Positions 29,401 through 39,037 of a stretch of 64,000 nt of DNA are shown here, piece by piece. The notes beneath the pieces are model-generated. The model had not been told where the DNA came from and made no database searches. It saw only the letters and a program-made list of their open reading frames with translations. Both the position numbers and the translations under genes were made by a program. Source of the DNA: Spirochaetota bacterium (GTDB lineage Bacteria > Spirochaetota > UBA6919 > CBDBPB01); contig CBDBPB010000008.1 in assembly GCA_965208615.1 (NCBI GenBank), positions 64,001-128,000 on the forward strand. The letters are read 5' to 3'. Each line of letters opens with the position of its first letter. Positions within the stretch are counted from its first letter, which is position 1.

Positions 29401-29506
29401 GATCAAGGCTAAGATCGTTATAGCTGAATATGCCTATTGATACCACCATTAAAGTTATCATTAATGTGGCTATGGGTCTTCTTATGGAAAGGTCAACTAT
29501 TTTCAT
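26441..29506 (-). CDS. AcrB-family RND efflux transporter
   Basis: SIRRPIAT, LDLMPDITFP, GMLVDNSIVVIENI, GIVVNNSIVLVD, RLRPILMTS. Confidence 0.95.
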   Translation of the reverse strand: MKIVDLSIRRPIATLMITLMVVSIGIFSYNDLSLDLMPDITFPIISIQTDYEGVSSQEIETLITRPIEEVASTIESADKVTSQSLEGRSIVRLSFKWGVDLDELTNDLRAKIDRIRERLPEDANTPIVFKFDLRDIPIIFLGISGNMSWVKLREYADKELKHRFERLSGVAQVVVRGGLEREIVVELRYNDIQAKNLSINEVVSAIRSENIDIAAGNFSVGRTKYVVKTKGKFKNIDEISDVVIKTIDGIPIKVRDVAYVKDKYKDISSFVRVNAKNALLLMIVKQPDGNTIDVANRIRQEVNEISSDPNRNIDIAITRDTSKFIKRSISNVQQAALFGGLIAILVLLFFLRSVRSTFIIACSMFISIIATFIFMKGVNFTLNMMSFGGLALGIGMLVDNSIVVIENIFRHKDEAKNSMTASSIGTSEVSMPITVSTITSLVVFLPLFFLEGAVGVMFGQLAYMISFALIASLLVAITIIPSFSAKFLSFNNKANHRVFIFISNGISLFLDKIASIYNELINKALSRSKLTVSLFAIVFLFSLLLLGFMGFDFMPLSDEGEIRITAELPVGTNLKTTDLKFREIESILLKDYNNVIESIYARIGQSGYRRLQENAGRMILILKALSIRGDSSDRIASRIRKSLSKVSNVKLRVYPSSFFIFRFLRGGDERISLEILGHNLKAGDKLAKRIMGLIKGIEGIHGLRQSREYGSPEYAVYVDRQKAKEAGLSVRLLGDYLQTALLGKVSTRYTDGEYEHDIRIRISEADINNIEAINNLSYPVAGGKKILLRSLINVKEEVGPIVIERLNQQRVIYIRGNIYNRDSQSVLTDIQDAINTIDLPSEFRINYGGIFEEQKTAYEGLYFIIVLAILLVYMVMAAQFESLKIPFIIMFTVPFSFSGVIMVFYLLDMSFDVQGFIGFIMLIGIVVNNSIVLVDFIERSRKTGISLKSAIIEASNRRLRPILMTSFTTTFALIPLAIGIGEGSELQVPMALSVIAGLSFSTFTSLLLIPCIYYLFFKRSY

Positions 29507-30687
29507 GGCTTATTGTTAGACCGAAGTTTTATTATATCCCCATCCTTTAAACGGGGATTATATGGGCTAACTAATCTATCATTTTTTGATATACCCTTAA
29601 GTATAACAAGTTCAGAGCTATTATAAGGATTAACTTTTATCTCTTTTATGCTAACTTTATCGTTATTTATTAGTTGCACCCATGTTTTTTGTTGTATCTC
29701 GTCAACCTTGACCGCCTTAACTGGGATGAATATTGCATTCTTTTTAGTATTTAGGGTTAGTTCTGCCTGACAGTAAAAGCCTGGTTTTAGTAGTCTTTTT
29801 ATATTTTTAACCCTTATCTCTATGGTAAAGGTTCTTGTTTTAGGGTCTATTGTTGGGTAAACCTTATATATTTTAGCATTTAACTCTTTATTAATAGAGT
29901 TAATAATAACTCTAACGTTAATGTTTTTTTTAATAAGTCCGTTTTGATCAATAATATTAGAGTATTCCCCTTCTGATAAGTTGATAATTAGTTTAACCTC
30001 GCTAATATCTATAACTTTTAAGATAGGCTTAGCTGGATTAGCAAGATCACCAACATTCAAATACCTTTTAGCAATTGTACCACTAAGCGGTGAGTGGATT
30101 TTAGTTTCGGATAGTTTAACAGTAATCTCACGTATACTAGCTCTAGCCTCATTAATCTTAGCCTTTGCAAGTTCGACTTGAGCCGCAGATGTCTCATAAT
30201 CAGCTATGGCATTATCCAGCTCTTGTTGGGGTATTATATTTTCTCTATATGCCTTTTTTAGTCGACCTAAGGTTAGTTCTTTATTTTTCATTATAACATT
30301 ATCTCTGTTTAGTCCAGCTAATTCAACTTTTAATACGGCTTCTTTTTGTATTTTACGTTCTATAAGTTCAGAGTTCATTAGCTGTACTAATATTTGTCCT
30401 TTTCTAACCCAGTCTGATGTATCAGCGTATAATTTAACTATTCTGTTTTGTTCTTTTGTATATATATCCACGGATGTTATTGCTTTTAGAGTTCCAAAGG
30501 ACTTTATCGTTTTACTATAGCTTTTTATATTGGGGGATATTGTCTTAATTATACTGGGTTTTTTAGTTTGCTTTTTAGGGTTAGTGCCTTGACTTATATC
30601 GTAGTATAGCTTTATAAATATAACTAATACTATAACAATTGGAATTACTATTATAACCTTTTTTATGATGGAGCTTTTTATCTTCAT
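29503..30687 (-). CDS. RND periplasmic adaptor (MFP)
   Basis: N-terminal TM, VRKGQILVQL, IHSPLSGTI, PTIDPKTRT, LKPG; overlaps the RND start. Confidence 0.92.
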   Translation of the reverse strand: MKIKSSIIKKVIIVIPIVIVLVIFIKLYYDISQGTNPKKQTKKPSIIKTISPNIKSYSKTIKSFGTLKAITSVDIYTKEQNRIVKLYADTSDWVRKGQILVQLMNSELIERKIQKEAVLKVELAGLNRDNVIMKNKELTLGRLKKAYRENIIPQQELDNAIADYETSAAQVELAKAKINEARASIREITVKLSETKIHSPLSGTIAKRYLNVGDLANPAKPILKVIDISEVKLIINLSEGEYSNIIDQNGLIKKNINVRVIINSINKELNAKIYKVYPTIDPKTRTFTIEIRVKNIKRLLKPGFYCQAELTLNTKKNAIFIPVKAVKVDEIQQKTWVQLINNDKVSIKEIKVNPYNSSELVILKGISKNDRLVSPYNPRLKDGDIIKLRSNNKP

Positions 30688-30721
30688 AAAACCTTATTAG
30701 ATATTTGCTTACTCTTTATAG

Positions 30722-32017
30722 CTATAAATTAACAATCCTAAACATCTTACTAGGGGGATCAACAATATCAAGCAAGTCAATCTTTGATATGGCATTTATA
30801 ATATCAGCCTCATAAGCTTTATGAGTTTTCAAAACCAAATGTACAAACCTATCCTTATGATGGCCTTTTTGTATTACCCTTGCAATACTAATGTTATTAT
30901 CAGCGAATATACCAGCTATCTTAGCTAAAATACCAGGCTTATCTAATGTGTTAAAGCGTAAATAATATTCAAAACTGCTCTCATTTATGCTTAGTATTTG
31001 CTTTTTCTCATAGTGTATATTTCTATTATCGTTAAACTCAAAGTTATAGGCGGTATGCTCGGCAATGTGGACTATATCCCCCACTACAGCATTGGCAGTG
31101 GGATAACGCCCAGCACCTTTGCCAACATATATAGACTCAGTAAGAAAGTCAGAGTTTAGTAATATTGCATTAACCTCATTTTTAATGTTAGCCAATGTAC
31201 TCTGAGTGGGTATAAGCGTCGGATGAACAGCAACAGTAATTTTATTTTCTTTTGTATTACTTGCAACACCCAAAAGCTTAAGGGTATAACCTAGCTCTTT
31301 TGCATAAGAAATATCCACTAGCTCTATGTTTTCAATACCCTCTTTGTGGACAGACTCATAGGGTACCTCTGTATTAAAAGCAAAAGACGCCAATATAGCC
31401 ATCTTATGAGCCGCATCACCACCGTTTAAGTCCAGTGTAGGATCAGCTTCTGCAAAGCCAAGTTCTTTAGCCTCATTAAGACTATCACTAAAGTTTTTAT
31501 TTTCATCCATCATTTTGGTTAGTATATAGTTAGTGGTACCGTTAACTATACCATAAATAGACTTTATACGATCCCCAACCAGAGCCTCTTTGATAGTCAT
31601 TATAATGGGTATACCACCGCCTACACTTGCCTCAAAACCAATTTCTAATTTATTATTGTTGGCCAGCCTAAATAAATCCCGTCCTTTATAAGCTAATAAG
31701 GCCTTATTAGCTGTGGTAACATGCTTTCCCTTTTTTAATGCACTTTCTATTAAATCGTATGCAAAGGTTGTACCACCAACAAGTTCCACTACAATGTGTA
31801 TGTTGGGATCATTAATTATATCATCGGCATTAGTGGTAAATATATTTTTATCTATACCAAAAGACTTAATCTTAGATATGTCTTTATCAGCCACCTTAGT
31901 AACATTAATTTTAATACCCCTTCGCCTATATATAAGGTCTTTTGTACTTTCTAAAATTGAATATACTCCGCCACCTATTGTACCAAGCCCTACTAAGCCT
32001 ATGTTTATCTCTTTCAT
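30722..32017 (-). CDS. hom: Homoserine dehydrogenase with ACT domain
   Basis: GLVGLGTIGGGV, TANKALLA, FEASVGGGIP, NGTTNYIL, GFAEADP, DKPGILAKI. Confidence 0.96.
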   Translation of the reverse strand: MKEINIGLVGLGTIGGGVYSILESTKDLIYRRRGIKINVTKVADKDISKIKSFGIDKNIFTTNADDIINDPNIHIVVELVGGTTFAYDLIESALKKGKHVTTANKALLAYKGRDLFRLANNNKLEIGFEASVGGGIPIIMTIKEALVGDRIKSIYGIVNGTTNYILTKMMDENKNFSDSLNEAKELGFAEADPTLDLNGGDAAHKMAILASFAFNTEVPYESVHKEGIENIELVDISYAKELGYTLKLLGVASNTKENKITVAVHPTLIPTQSTLANIKNEVNAILLNSDFLTESIYVGKGAGRYPTANAVVGDIVHIAEHTAYNFEFNDNRNIHYEKKQILSINESSFEYYLRFNTLDKPGILAKIAGIFADNNISIARVIQKGHHKDRFVHLVLKTHKAYEADIINAISKIDLLDIVDPPSKMFRIVNL

Positions 32018-32060
32018 AACTAACTCTCTATTAATTTATACTTTAAAACAGTTTATATAC

Positions 32061-32564
32061 TTATTGCTTTGGATTAAAACCCATACTTTTATTACTATTA
32101 TCTATATTCCTATATAGATTTATCATCTCAATAGCGACCAATGCCGCATCAGCACCCTTATTACCATGTTTAGTACCAGCTCTCTCAACAGCCTGTTCAA
32201 TGGTATCGGTTGTTAGTACGCCGTAAATAATAGGCATACTGCTATCCATACCAAGTTTTGCTATACCTTTGGCATTTTCAGCAGATACATAATCAAAATG
32301 CGGAGTAGCTCCCCTTATAACCGTACCCAAACAAATAATGCCGTCGTACTTTTCTAAATTAATAAGCTTTTTGGCTAAAGGTGCAATTTCTAATGCACCA
32401 GGTACCTTATAAATATTAATATTATTCTCATCACAATCGCAACGCCTTAAAACGTCCAAAGCCCCGTCTAAAAGCTTGGTTGTTATAAAGTCATTAAAAC
32501 GACTAACTATAATGGCTATCCTAAAACCCTTAGCTGATAACCCCCCCTCAATTATTTTACTCAT
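32061..32564 (-). CDS. ribH: 6,7-dimethyl-8-ribityllumazine synthase
   Basis: VSRFNDFIT, VPGALEI, GTVIRGATPHFDYV, EQAVERAG. Confidence 0.97.
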   Translation of the reverse strand: MSKIIEGGLSAKGFRIAIIVSRFNDFITTKLLDGALDVLRRCDCDENNINIYKVPGALEIAPLAKKLINLEKYDGIICLGTVIRGATPHFDYVSAENAKGIAKLGMDSSMPIIYGVLTTDTIEQAVERAGTKHGNKGADAALVAIEMINLYRNIDNSNKSMGFNPKQ

Positions 32565-32685
32565 AAATAACTCTCCTAAGTGCTATAACTAACAATGAGG
32601 CTTACATAAACGTATATAATAATATATATTTTTTAATCTAAAGAAAAGAAGATTTATTAAAAATGTTATAGAGGATTATTAAACT

Positions 32686-35064
32686 TTATTTAATCTTTTT
32701 ATCTTCTGACTTGCCATCCTTTTTATCAGCTTTGTCAGTGCCAAGACTATATTTAACAACTCTATGGTTACCTTTGTCTGCAATATAAATACCATTTTTG
32801 TTTGCTATTATATCCCAGGGATAAAATAGCTTATCTATGTCCCAGCCAACCCCACCAATAGTACCAATCAAATTATTATTATTATAAACCAATATTCTAT
32901 GGTTATAGGTATCGGATATAAATAAATGACCATTATAATAGGCAATCCCCTTTGCATAACCCATAAAGCTATTACTAGCCTTTTCAATATTAACTTCTGA
33001 CTCATAAATCCCATGAGAATTAAACTTTAGTATTTTATTCTCAGCTAATATATAAACCTCATTATTTGGGCTTACAGCTATATCCTGGGGATAAATAATG
33101 TTATTTTCCTTATCTTTTATATAAAAACTCTTTGTCATACTACCATTTGAGTTAAACCCTACTACCCTATGATTCTCTTTATCAAGAACATATACTTTAT
33201 TATTTGAGGATGCAAGCTGTATAGGTTGATTTAGCTCTCCCAGCTCTTTACCTCGATAACTATGGCGATTATATTTTGAGTTACCATAAAAAAACATAAG
33301 GGAACTCTTTTTGGTATCAGATACAAAAACATCCCTAGGACCAACAGATGTAATACCTCTTAATGATAAGCTTAAGTCAGCCTTTGACAAATACTTTATG
33401 CTTGTCTTTGCTGAATCAGTATTAGCATTCTCAATAAGATAAAGTCCTGTATTACCTGTTACAATATTAAGGCGTCCAAGACCATCCACAGCTATGGATA
33501 AAGGAGAGTCAAACTCCTTTTCGCTGTGAGAAAACGAACTTAGTACCTTAATAAGCCTGCCATCAAGATGATAAAGACGAATATGACTATTATTATCATA
33601 AGCAACAGCTAATATGCCAGTAGAACTAACTTTCATAAAACTAGGATTACCGCGTCTCGTAAGTATATTACCAGCAAAATACCTTATGAACTTGCCCTTT
33701 TTAGTATATATACCAATTTTTTTAGTTTTAGAGTTTAATATATAAATTCTATCGCCTATAGCTGATATTGACTTGGGATACTCCTTTTTAATACCATGAT
33801 AGGTGGATATACTACGGTTTTTAGTCATTTTTTGAATACTATTTTTTGTAATCCAAAAAAGCTTATTGTTATTAAAGTCGCTATCGATTATATCTAAAGA
33901 CAGGCCTTCACCATCCCTTCTTACTAACATTTGGCTAATTAAGCCGTCAGTCTTTTTTTGCAATGAAACATGAAAAAGCCTATTAGTATCCGATGTAATA
34001 AAAACCTCATTGCCATAAGTCATAATCTTCTTTGGCTTAATATATTTTAGTATATTGGAATAGTTATACTTTTTGACTATTTTAAGATTTCTATTTAATA
34101 CTAAAATACTTTTTAATCCACTATCCAAAACGTATACCTGACCAGACTTATTTACCGCAAGACTTATGGGATTATCAATAAGAGGTTTATTAATCTTTAT
34201 AATATTATTTACATCACCTTTATGTATATCTTTTTTATTATCAGGTTTTATAAAATGCTCTGTTAGGCCTGATAGTACTATTTTTCTAATTTCTTTATAG
34301 CCTTCATCTATTATGTATAGGTTATTATCTTGATCAAAAGCCATATCCTTAATGGAGCCAAAATGATAATATGGATTGCCTCCATATTGCTGAGTAGGCT
34401 TTATAGAGTCTAGTGAAAAGTTTTCTTTTTTGCTTTCAGAGTTATTAGTATCCTTTTTGTTAGGGGGCTTATTATTTTTTATATTTACAGATAACTCATC
34501 TCTAATTAAAGGTTTAACCCTGTTTATTGGAACTATAACAAAGTTATTATTATAGGATGTTAATATACCTATAATATGTTTGTTTACATTTAATACAGGT
34601 TTGCCAATATCGGCTTTGTTATACCTAATGTTGGGGATGAAGCATGGATAGTAATATTCATTAAAGTTATTTAGCTTAAACAATACTTTAGCTTTTTTAT
34701 AGTTCTTACCAGCCGCTACCGGAATATATATTTTATCCCCTATATCAACGGTATCAGAGTCCCCTAGCGTATAAGGCTTGTCTGACTCCTTAGTTTTAAG
34801 TATGGAATAGCCCTCAAGGAGTTTATTACTTATAACATAAGCCTCTTGACTAACATTCCTTGACATAACTATATTACCAATAGTTATACCCTTAGTAATA
34901 GTTGAATCTGTTATAAAATGTCCTTTATTACTAATAAAAAAGCCATACCTACTTCCATTGGCAGTCTTTATTTTATAAGCAGTCCCTTTAGCACTTATCT
35001 GCATAGGAATAAACAATAAAATATATATAAACAATATAAATTTTAATTTCATACTTAACCTCAT
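32686..35064 (-). CDS. Exported protein: degenerate trypsin-like domain plus NHL/beta-propeller repeats
   Basis: Signal peptide; GFFISNKGHFIT, LGDSDTVDIGDKI, GKPVLN..IIGI; NHL motifs YVLDKENHRV, ISDTYNHRI, IADKGNHRV. Confidence 0.78.
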   Translation of the reverse strand: MRLSMKLKFILFIYILLFIPMQISAKGTAYKIKTANGSRYGFFISNKGHFITDSTITKGITIGNIVMSRNVSQEAYVISNKLLEGYSILKTKESDKPYTLGDSDTVDIGDKIYIPVAAGKNYKKAKVLFKLNNFNEYYYPCFIPNIRYNKADIGKPVLNVNKHIIGILTSYNNNFVIVPINRVKPLIRDELSVNIKNNKPPNKKDTNNSESKKENFSLDSIKPTQQYGGNPYYHFGSIKDMAFDQDNNLYIIDEGYKEIRKIVLSGLTEHFIKPDNKKDIHKGDVNNIIKINKPLIDNPISLAVNKSGQVYVLDSGLKSILVLNRNLKIVKKYNYSNILKYIKPKKIMTYGNEVFITSDTNRLFHVSLQKKTDGLISQMLVRRDGEGLSLDIIDSDFNNNKLFWITKNSIQKMTKNRSISTYHGIKKEYPKSISAIGDRIYILNSKTKKIGIYTKKGKFIRYFAGNILTRRGNPSFMKVSSTGILAVAYDNNSHIRLYHLDGRLIKVLSSFSHSEKEFDSPLSIAVDGLGRLNIVTGNTGLYLIENANTDSAKTSIKYLSKADLSLSLRGITSVGPRDVFVSDTKKSSLMFFYGNSKYNRHSYRGKELGELNQPIQLASSNNKVYVLDKENHRVVGFNSNGSMTKSFYIKDKENNIIYPQDIAVSPNNEVYILAENKILKFNSHGIYESEVNIEKASNSFMGYAKGIAYYNGHLFISDTYNHRILVYNNNNLIGTIGGVGWDIDKLFYPWDIIANKNGIYIADKGNHRVVKYSLGTDKADKKDGKSEDKKIK

Positions 35065-35552
35065 ACATACAACTCAAAATACTTGCAATTAATATATAAT
35101 AAAATATAGCTTTATTAAAATGCTATACGTGAACTTAATATTTAGCTGTAAATTACAAACGTAATACCTTTTAATATCGATAGATATAGGCTTAAAATTA
35201 AGTTTTATATACAAATGTACTTAAATTAAGTTATCTATAAAGGAACTTATTAGTTTTTTTATTGAAAAAAACGTCTTATACATATTATCATAAAAACAGG
35301 TAATAACAAACTACGATTTACAAAGAAAACAGCTTTTATTTTAACGGCTTTTTTTGATTTTATAAAAAGCGATATACTTAATTATTAACTTTATTATATA
35401 TTGATATAATATTCAGATAGGGCAGATTATTGCCTTAATTTTGTTTAGATAAATAACTGCTGATAAACCTTTTTTAACATATTTAATAAGCTGAAAATTG
35501 TATTAATAATAAAGTTAAATTATATTAATGTATAATTTTATCTATAAGTGCC

Positions 35553-38500
35553 TTGGATTATAAAATGAAACAAAAATGGACTAAAGCTATATATATTCCC
35601 TATGAGCTAAACAAACTTAGCGTATTACTAAAGTGGGAGATTGTTTTACTAGTTTTTAGCTTTCTTTTGGTTGATGTATTAATAATAATAAAATATAGTG
35701 AATTTGCGTTAACAATTAAGGATAAGCATGCTCTTATTTTGGACTGGATTAAAACTACTTTAGAAAAGGACTTCAAAAAAAGTGATCTTATGGTTTTTGT
35801 TGGAGTTATAGTTTTTACTCCCTTAGTTTTATTTTTTATTACAAGGTATTTGATAGGACTATTAGAGAATGTTAAAAAAAGCAGTCTTAACTATATTACT
35901 ATTCAGATCATTGTTAGTGGTATAGCCACTATTAGTATGGCTTTTTATATTATTATAGTTCCCCATAGTATTATTACTATATCTATACTTATTTTTATAG
36001 TTATAACTTGCACTTCTATAAACACTCTAAAAATATTAGCTCTACATAAGGCTAAGGGAGCTAATATAATATGGACTAATACAAAAAGGAGATATAATAA
36101 GTTTAGTTTTAAGACGGTTTTTGAAAGTGATATTGTTATTAACTTTTATTTATTTTTCTTTTTATTCCTAGCCCACCTTACTATTATATTCGGTCTTTTA
36201 TCGAAAAACTTGGAGCATAATGTTAATTTAACTTCCATGCTACCGGATGACTCTCCTAGTGTTATCGGATTAGAAAGCATTAAACAATATTCTTCTGGAT
36301 ATCTAATGATAGTTATAGAGACTGATGAAGGGAAAACAGAAAGACATACTTTTGAAAAGGAAAATAATATAAAGCTAATAGATGAATATATTTACCTTAC
36401 TGATAGTGAAAAAAGGCTTATTAAAAACAATAAAAAACACTATAAGTATTATAGCCGTATAGATGAGGATGGTAGGGTTATTGCAAATGATGAAAAGCTT
36501 ATTAAAGAAACCTATTACTATCCTATAAAGGCTAGTAAACATAGAAAAAATAGGATAGTATGGGAGGCTAATTTAACTAAAACCAAATTATTTATTGACA
36601 AGCTGGTAAATAGGTTAGAAGGTTTACCTGAGGTTTTATGGTGCGAATATAAAAAGCCTGTTAGTTTTTTTAAAAAGAACCAAATACTATTTTTTGATAT
36701 TGGTGATATTGCATTAATTTATAGTCGTCTAAAGGAAGCTTTATTTGATAAAACAAAGGCTGTAAGTAGGTTTAATGATATATTAGTTAAATATAACAAT
36801 CCAAGGCTTTATAGTAATAGGAGTGGATATTTATTAAAAGGGAATAAGATGTTTGTTATTATGATTAAGCCTTCTGGAGATTATCGTGATATCAATTTCT
36901 TACAGATGTTTTATAATAAGGTTAAAGATCGGGTTACATTGGCTAAGAAGGAGTTAAATAATAAGGATAAGCCAAATATTAAAATTGCTTATGGGGGACA
37001 GTATAAACGAAAATATGATTTTAATATTATTATGGAAAAAGATAGAAGGCTTATTTATCTTATAGTTCCTTTAATGATTATAGGGATAATTACTATATAC
37101 TTTAGAAAGATAATTGTAGCTTTTATTATTGCCATTCCATTATTTATGACTATAATATGGCTCTTTGGGATTGCTTATTTATTCTTTGGATATTTTAATA
37201 TATTGTCTAGTTTTTGGTTTGTTATGCTAATGGTATTGGGAGCTTGTTTTGGAGTTAATTTTTTATCGGAGTATTTCAAGGGGATTAGGGAGGATAATTC
37301 TATTACCAATAGTTTATATATAATGCTAAAAGAGACCAGAAAGATAAACCTTATAACACTTTATACTTTTATAGCTATATTAGTTGTATTATTTTTTAGC
37401 AAGGTTAAGGGTTATAGTGAGTTTGCCATAATTGGAATCACTGCTGGTGTTATATGCTACGGTATTATGTATTATGTTATTCCCATTATTATTATAATAG
37501 AGAATAAGATTAGCTCATACATTAAGTTATACGTTAAGCCATATATTATCAACTTATTTTATAGAAAAGGCTTAAACTATAAATACTTAATAATAGCCGC
37601 TAAGTGGACTACCTTAGTATTTTTTCTAATCAACTTTTATTTGATTTACCATTTTTTTAATGCTAACCATTTATTCTTACTAATACCGGTTTATTTATTT
37701 ATATTACCTTACTTAGCTATACTAAAAGGAATAATAATACTATTGTCATGGGTTAATTATAAGTATGATAACTTATTAGAAAGCATTTTTAAAAAACCTA
37801 GTTTAGTTCTATCGGTTATTGGTATTCTTATAGTGTTGTCTTTTATTATGGCTAATAAAGCTAAATTTGAGTATAACATTATAAAAGTAAATGAAATGAA
37901 TATGGATTCTTATCTTATCGAAGAAAAAGTTAAAGGTCAGTTTAACCTATCAACAAGTCCAACAGTTATTACAGCCAATAATGAGGATATAAAAAAGTTA
38001 TACAATATACTAAATAGAAGGCTAAGAGAAGGACAAACAACTAATATTGCCTTGCTTGATAATATATATTCCTATATACCAACTAATAAAGTGGAAAAGA
38101 TTATACTCATTAACGAGATAAAAAAGCTCACTAATGAATTTAAAAAAAGTCTCATAAAAAAAGACATTAATAATAGTCATAAAAATATAGTGGATCAGAT
38201 AGTTAATTTTGAAAATAAATATCTAAACATTGATCCTGCATTACTATCCACAGGATTTACTAATAAATTTACGGGCTATAATCTAAAAACCAATAAGGGA
38301 TTTATGTATATATACCCCACAAATGGTTTAACAGATGATCCAATCAAGCTTAAGGCCTACCTAAAAGAGATAGGGAATATTAAACATATAGCTATAGGAG
38401 AAGATATTATCCTTAAAGAGTTACTTATTTCTTTGGAGAATGAGATTTTCTATATTACAGTCGGCATATTTATATTAGTTATTTTGGTGTTATATATAGG

Positions 38501-38912
38501 ATTTAGAGATATTAATATAGTAGTTCTTATAGTTGGCTCTTTATTAATAGGGGGTATATTTATGTTTGGTATTACAAATATACTTGGTATAGAGTTTAAC
38601 TTGTTAAATATTATAGTATTGCCAATTATTATTACTATTGGCCTTTATATTAACGTTAACCTAGGTTATAAGTATTATTTATCTGGTAATATACTAGATA
38701 GCCTATCTTATAATGCTAAAACTATTAGCATTACTTTTTTAATATCGGCTTTTGCTTTTGGAGTCCTTTTATTTGCTGAGAGTAATAGTTTTAACACCAT
38801 AGCCAGTATAGCTCTCATTGGAGTAATTAGCATATATATTAGTACGTTATTTTTTATACCTGCTATGGTTTTGCTATTAAAGGCTTTTAATAAGGATAAA
38901 CCTATACTATAG
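35553..38912 (+). CDS. MMPL/HpnN-like RND transporter with extra N-terminal TM segments
   Basis: Two MMPL halves (LPDDSPSV, FNLLNIIVLP), many TM helices; TM Asp motifs degenerate. Confidence 0.75.
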   Translation: MDYKMKQKWTKAIYIPYELNKLSVLLKWEIVLLVFSFLLVDVLIIIKYSEFALTIKDKHALILDWIKTTLEKDFKKSDLMVFVGVIVFTPLVLFFITRYLIGLLENVKKSSLNYITIQIIVSGIATISMAFYIIIVPHSIITISILIFIVITCTSINTLKILALHKAKGANIIWTNTKRRYNKFSFKTVFESDIVINFYLFFFLFLAHLTIIFGLLSKNLEHNVNLTSMLPDDSPSVIGLESIKQYSSGYLMIVIETDEGKTERHTFEKENNIKLIDEYIYLTDSEKRLIKNNKKHYKYYSRIDEDGRVIANDEKLIKETYYYPIKASKHRKNRIVWEANLTKTKLFIDKLVNRLEGLPEVLWCEYKKPVSFFKKNQILFFDIGDIALIYSRLKEALFDKTKAVSRFNDILVKYNNPRLYSNRSGYLLKGNKMFVIMIKPSGDYRDINFLQMFYNKVKDRVTLAKKELNNKDKPNIKIAYGGQYKRKYDFNIIMEKDRRLIYLIVPLMIIGIITIYFRKIIVAFIIAIPLFMTIIWLFGIAYLFFGYFNILSSFWFVMLMVLGACFGVNFLSEYFKGIREDNSITNSLYIMLKETRKINLITLYTFIAILVVLFFSKVKGYSEFAIIGITAGVICYGIMYYVIPIIIIIENKISSYIKLYVKPYIINLFYRKGLNYKYLIIAAKWTTLVFFLINFYLIYHFFNANHLFLLIPVYLFILPYLAILKGIIILLSWVNYKYDNLLESIFKKPSLVLSVIGILIVLSFIMANKAKFEYNIIKVNEMNMDSYLIEEKVKGQFNLSTSPTVITANNEDIKKLYNILNRRLREGQTTNIALLDNIYSYIPTNKVEKIILINEIKKLTNEFKKSLIKKDINNSHKNIVDQIVNFENKYLNIDPALLSTGFTNKFTGYNLKTNKGFMYIYPTNGLTDDPIKLKAYLKEIGNIKHIAIGEDIILKELLISLENEIFYITVGIFILVILVLYIGFRDINIVVLIVGSLLIGGIFMFGITNILGIEFNLLNIIVLPIIITIGLYINVNLGYKYYLSGNILDSLSYNAKTISITFLISAFAFGVLLFAESNSFNTIASIALIGVISIYISTLFFIPAMVLLLKAFNKDKPIL

Positions 38913-39037
38913 CTGCCTTACAAATATATTATAAATAGTTAAGAAAAGTATTTTAGCGAGTAAGGAATTATGGCGATCATATTTTAATAATAACAAAAAG
39001 CTAGCGAATAGCGTATTCATAGAGTTAATCACAAAAT

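Noticed and set aside
32565-32685. FMN riboswitch upstream of ribH
   Set aside because: Short, AT-rich intergenic region without RFN conserved motifs
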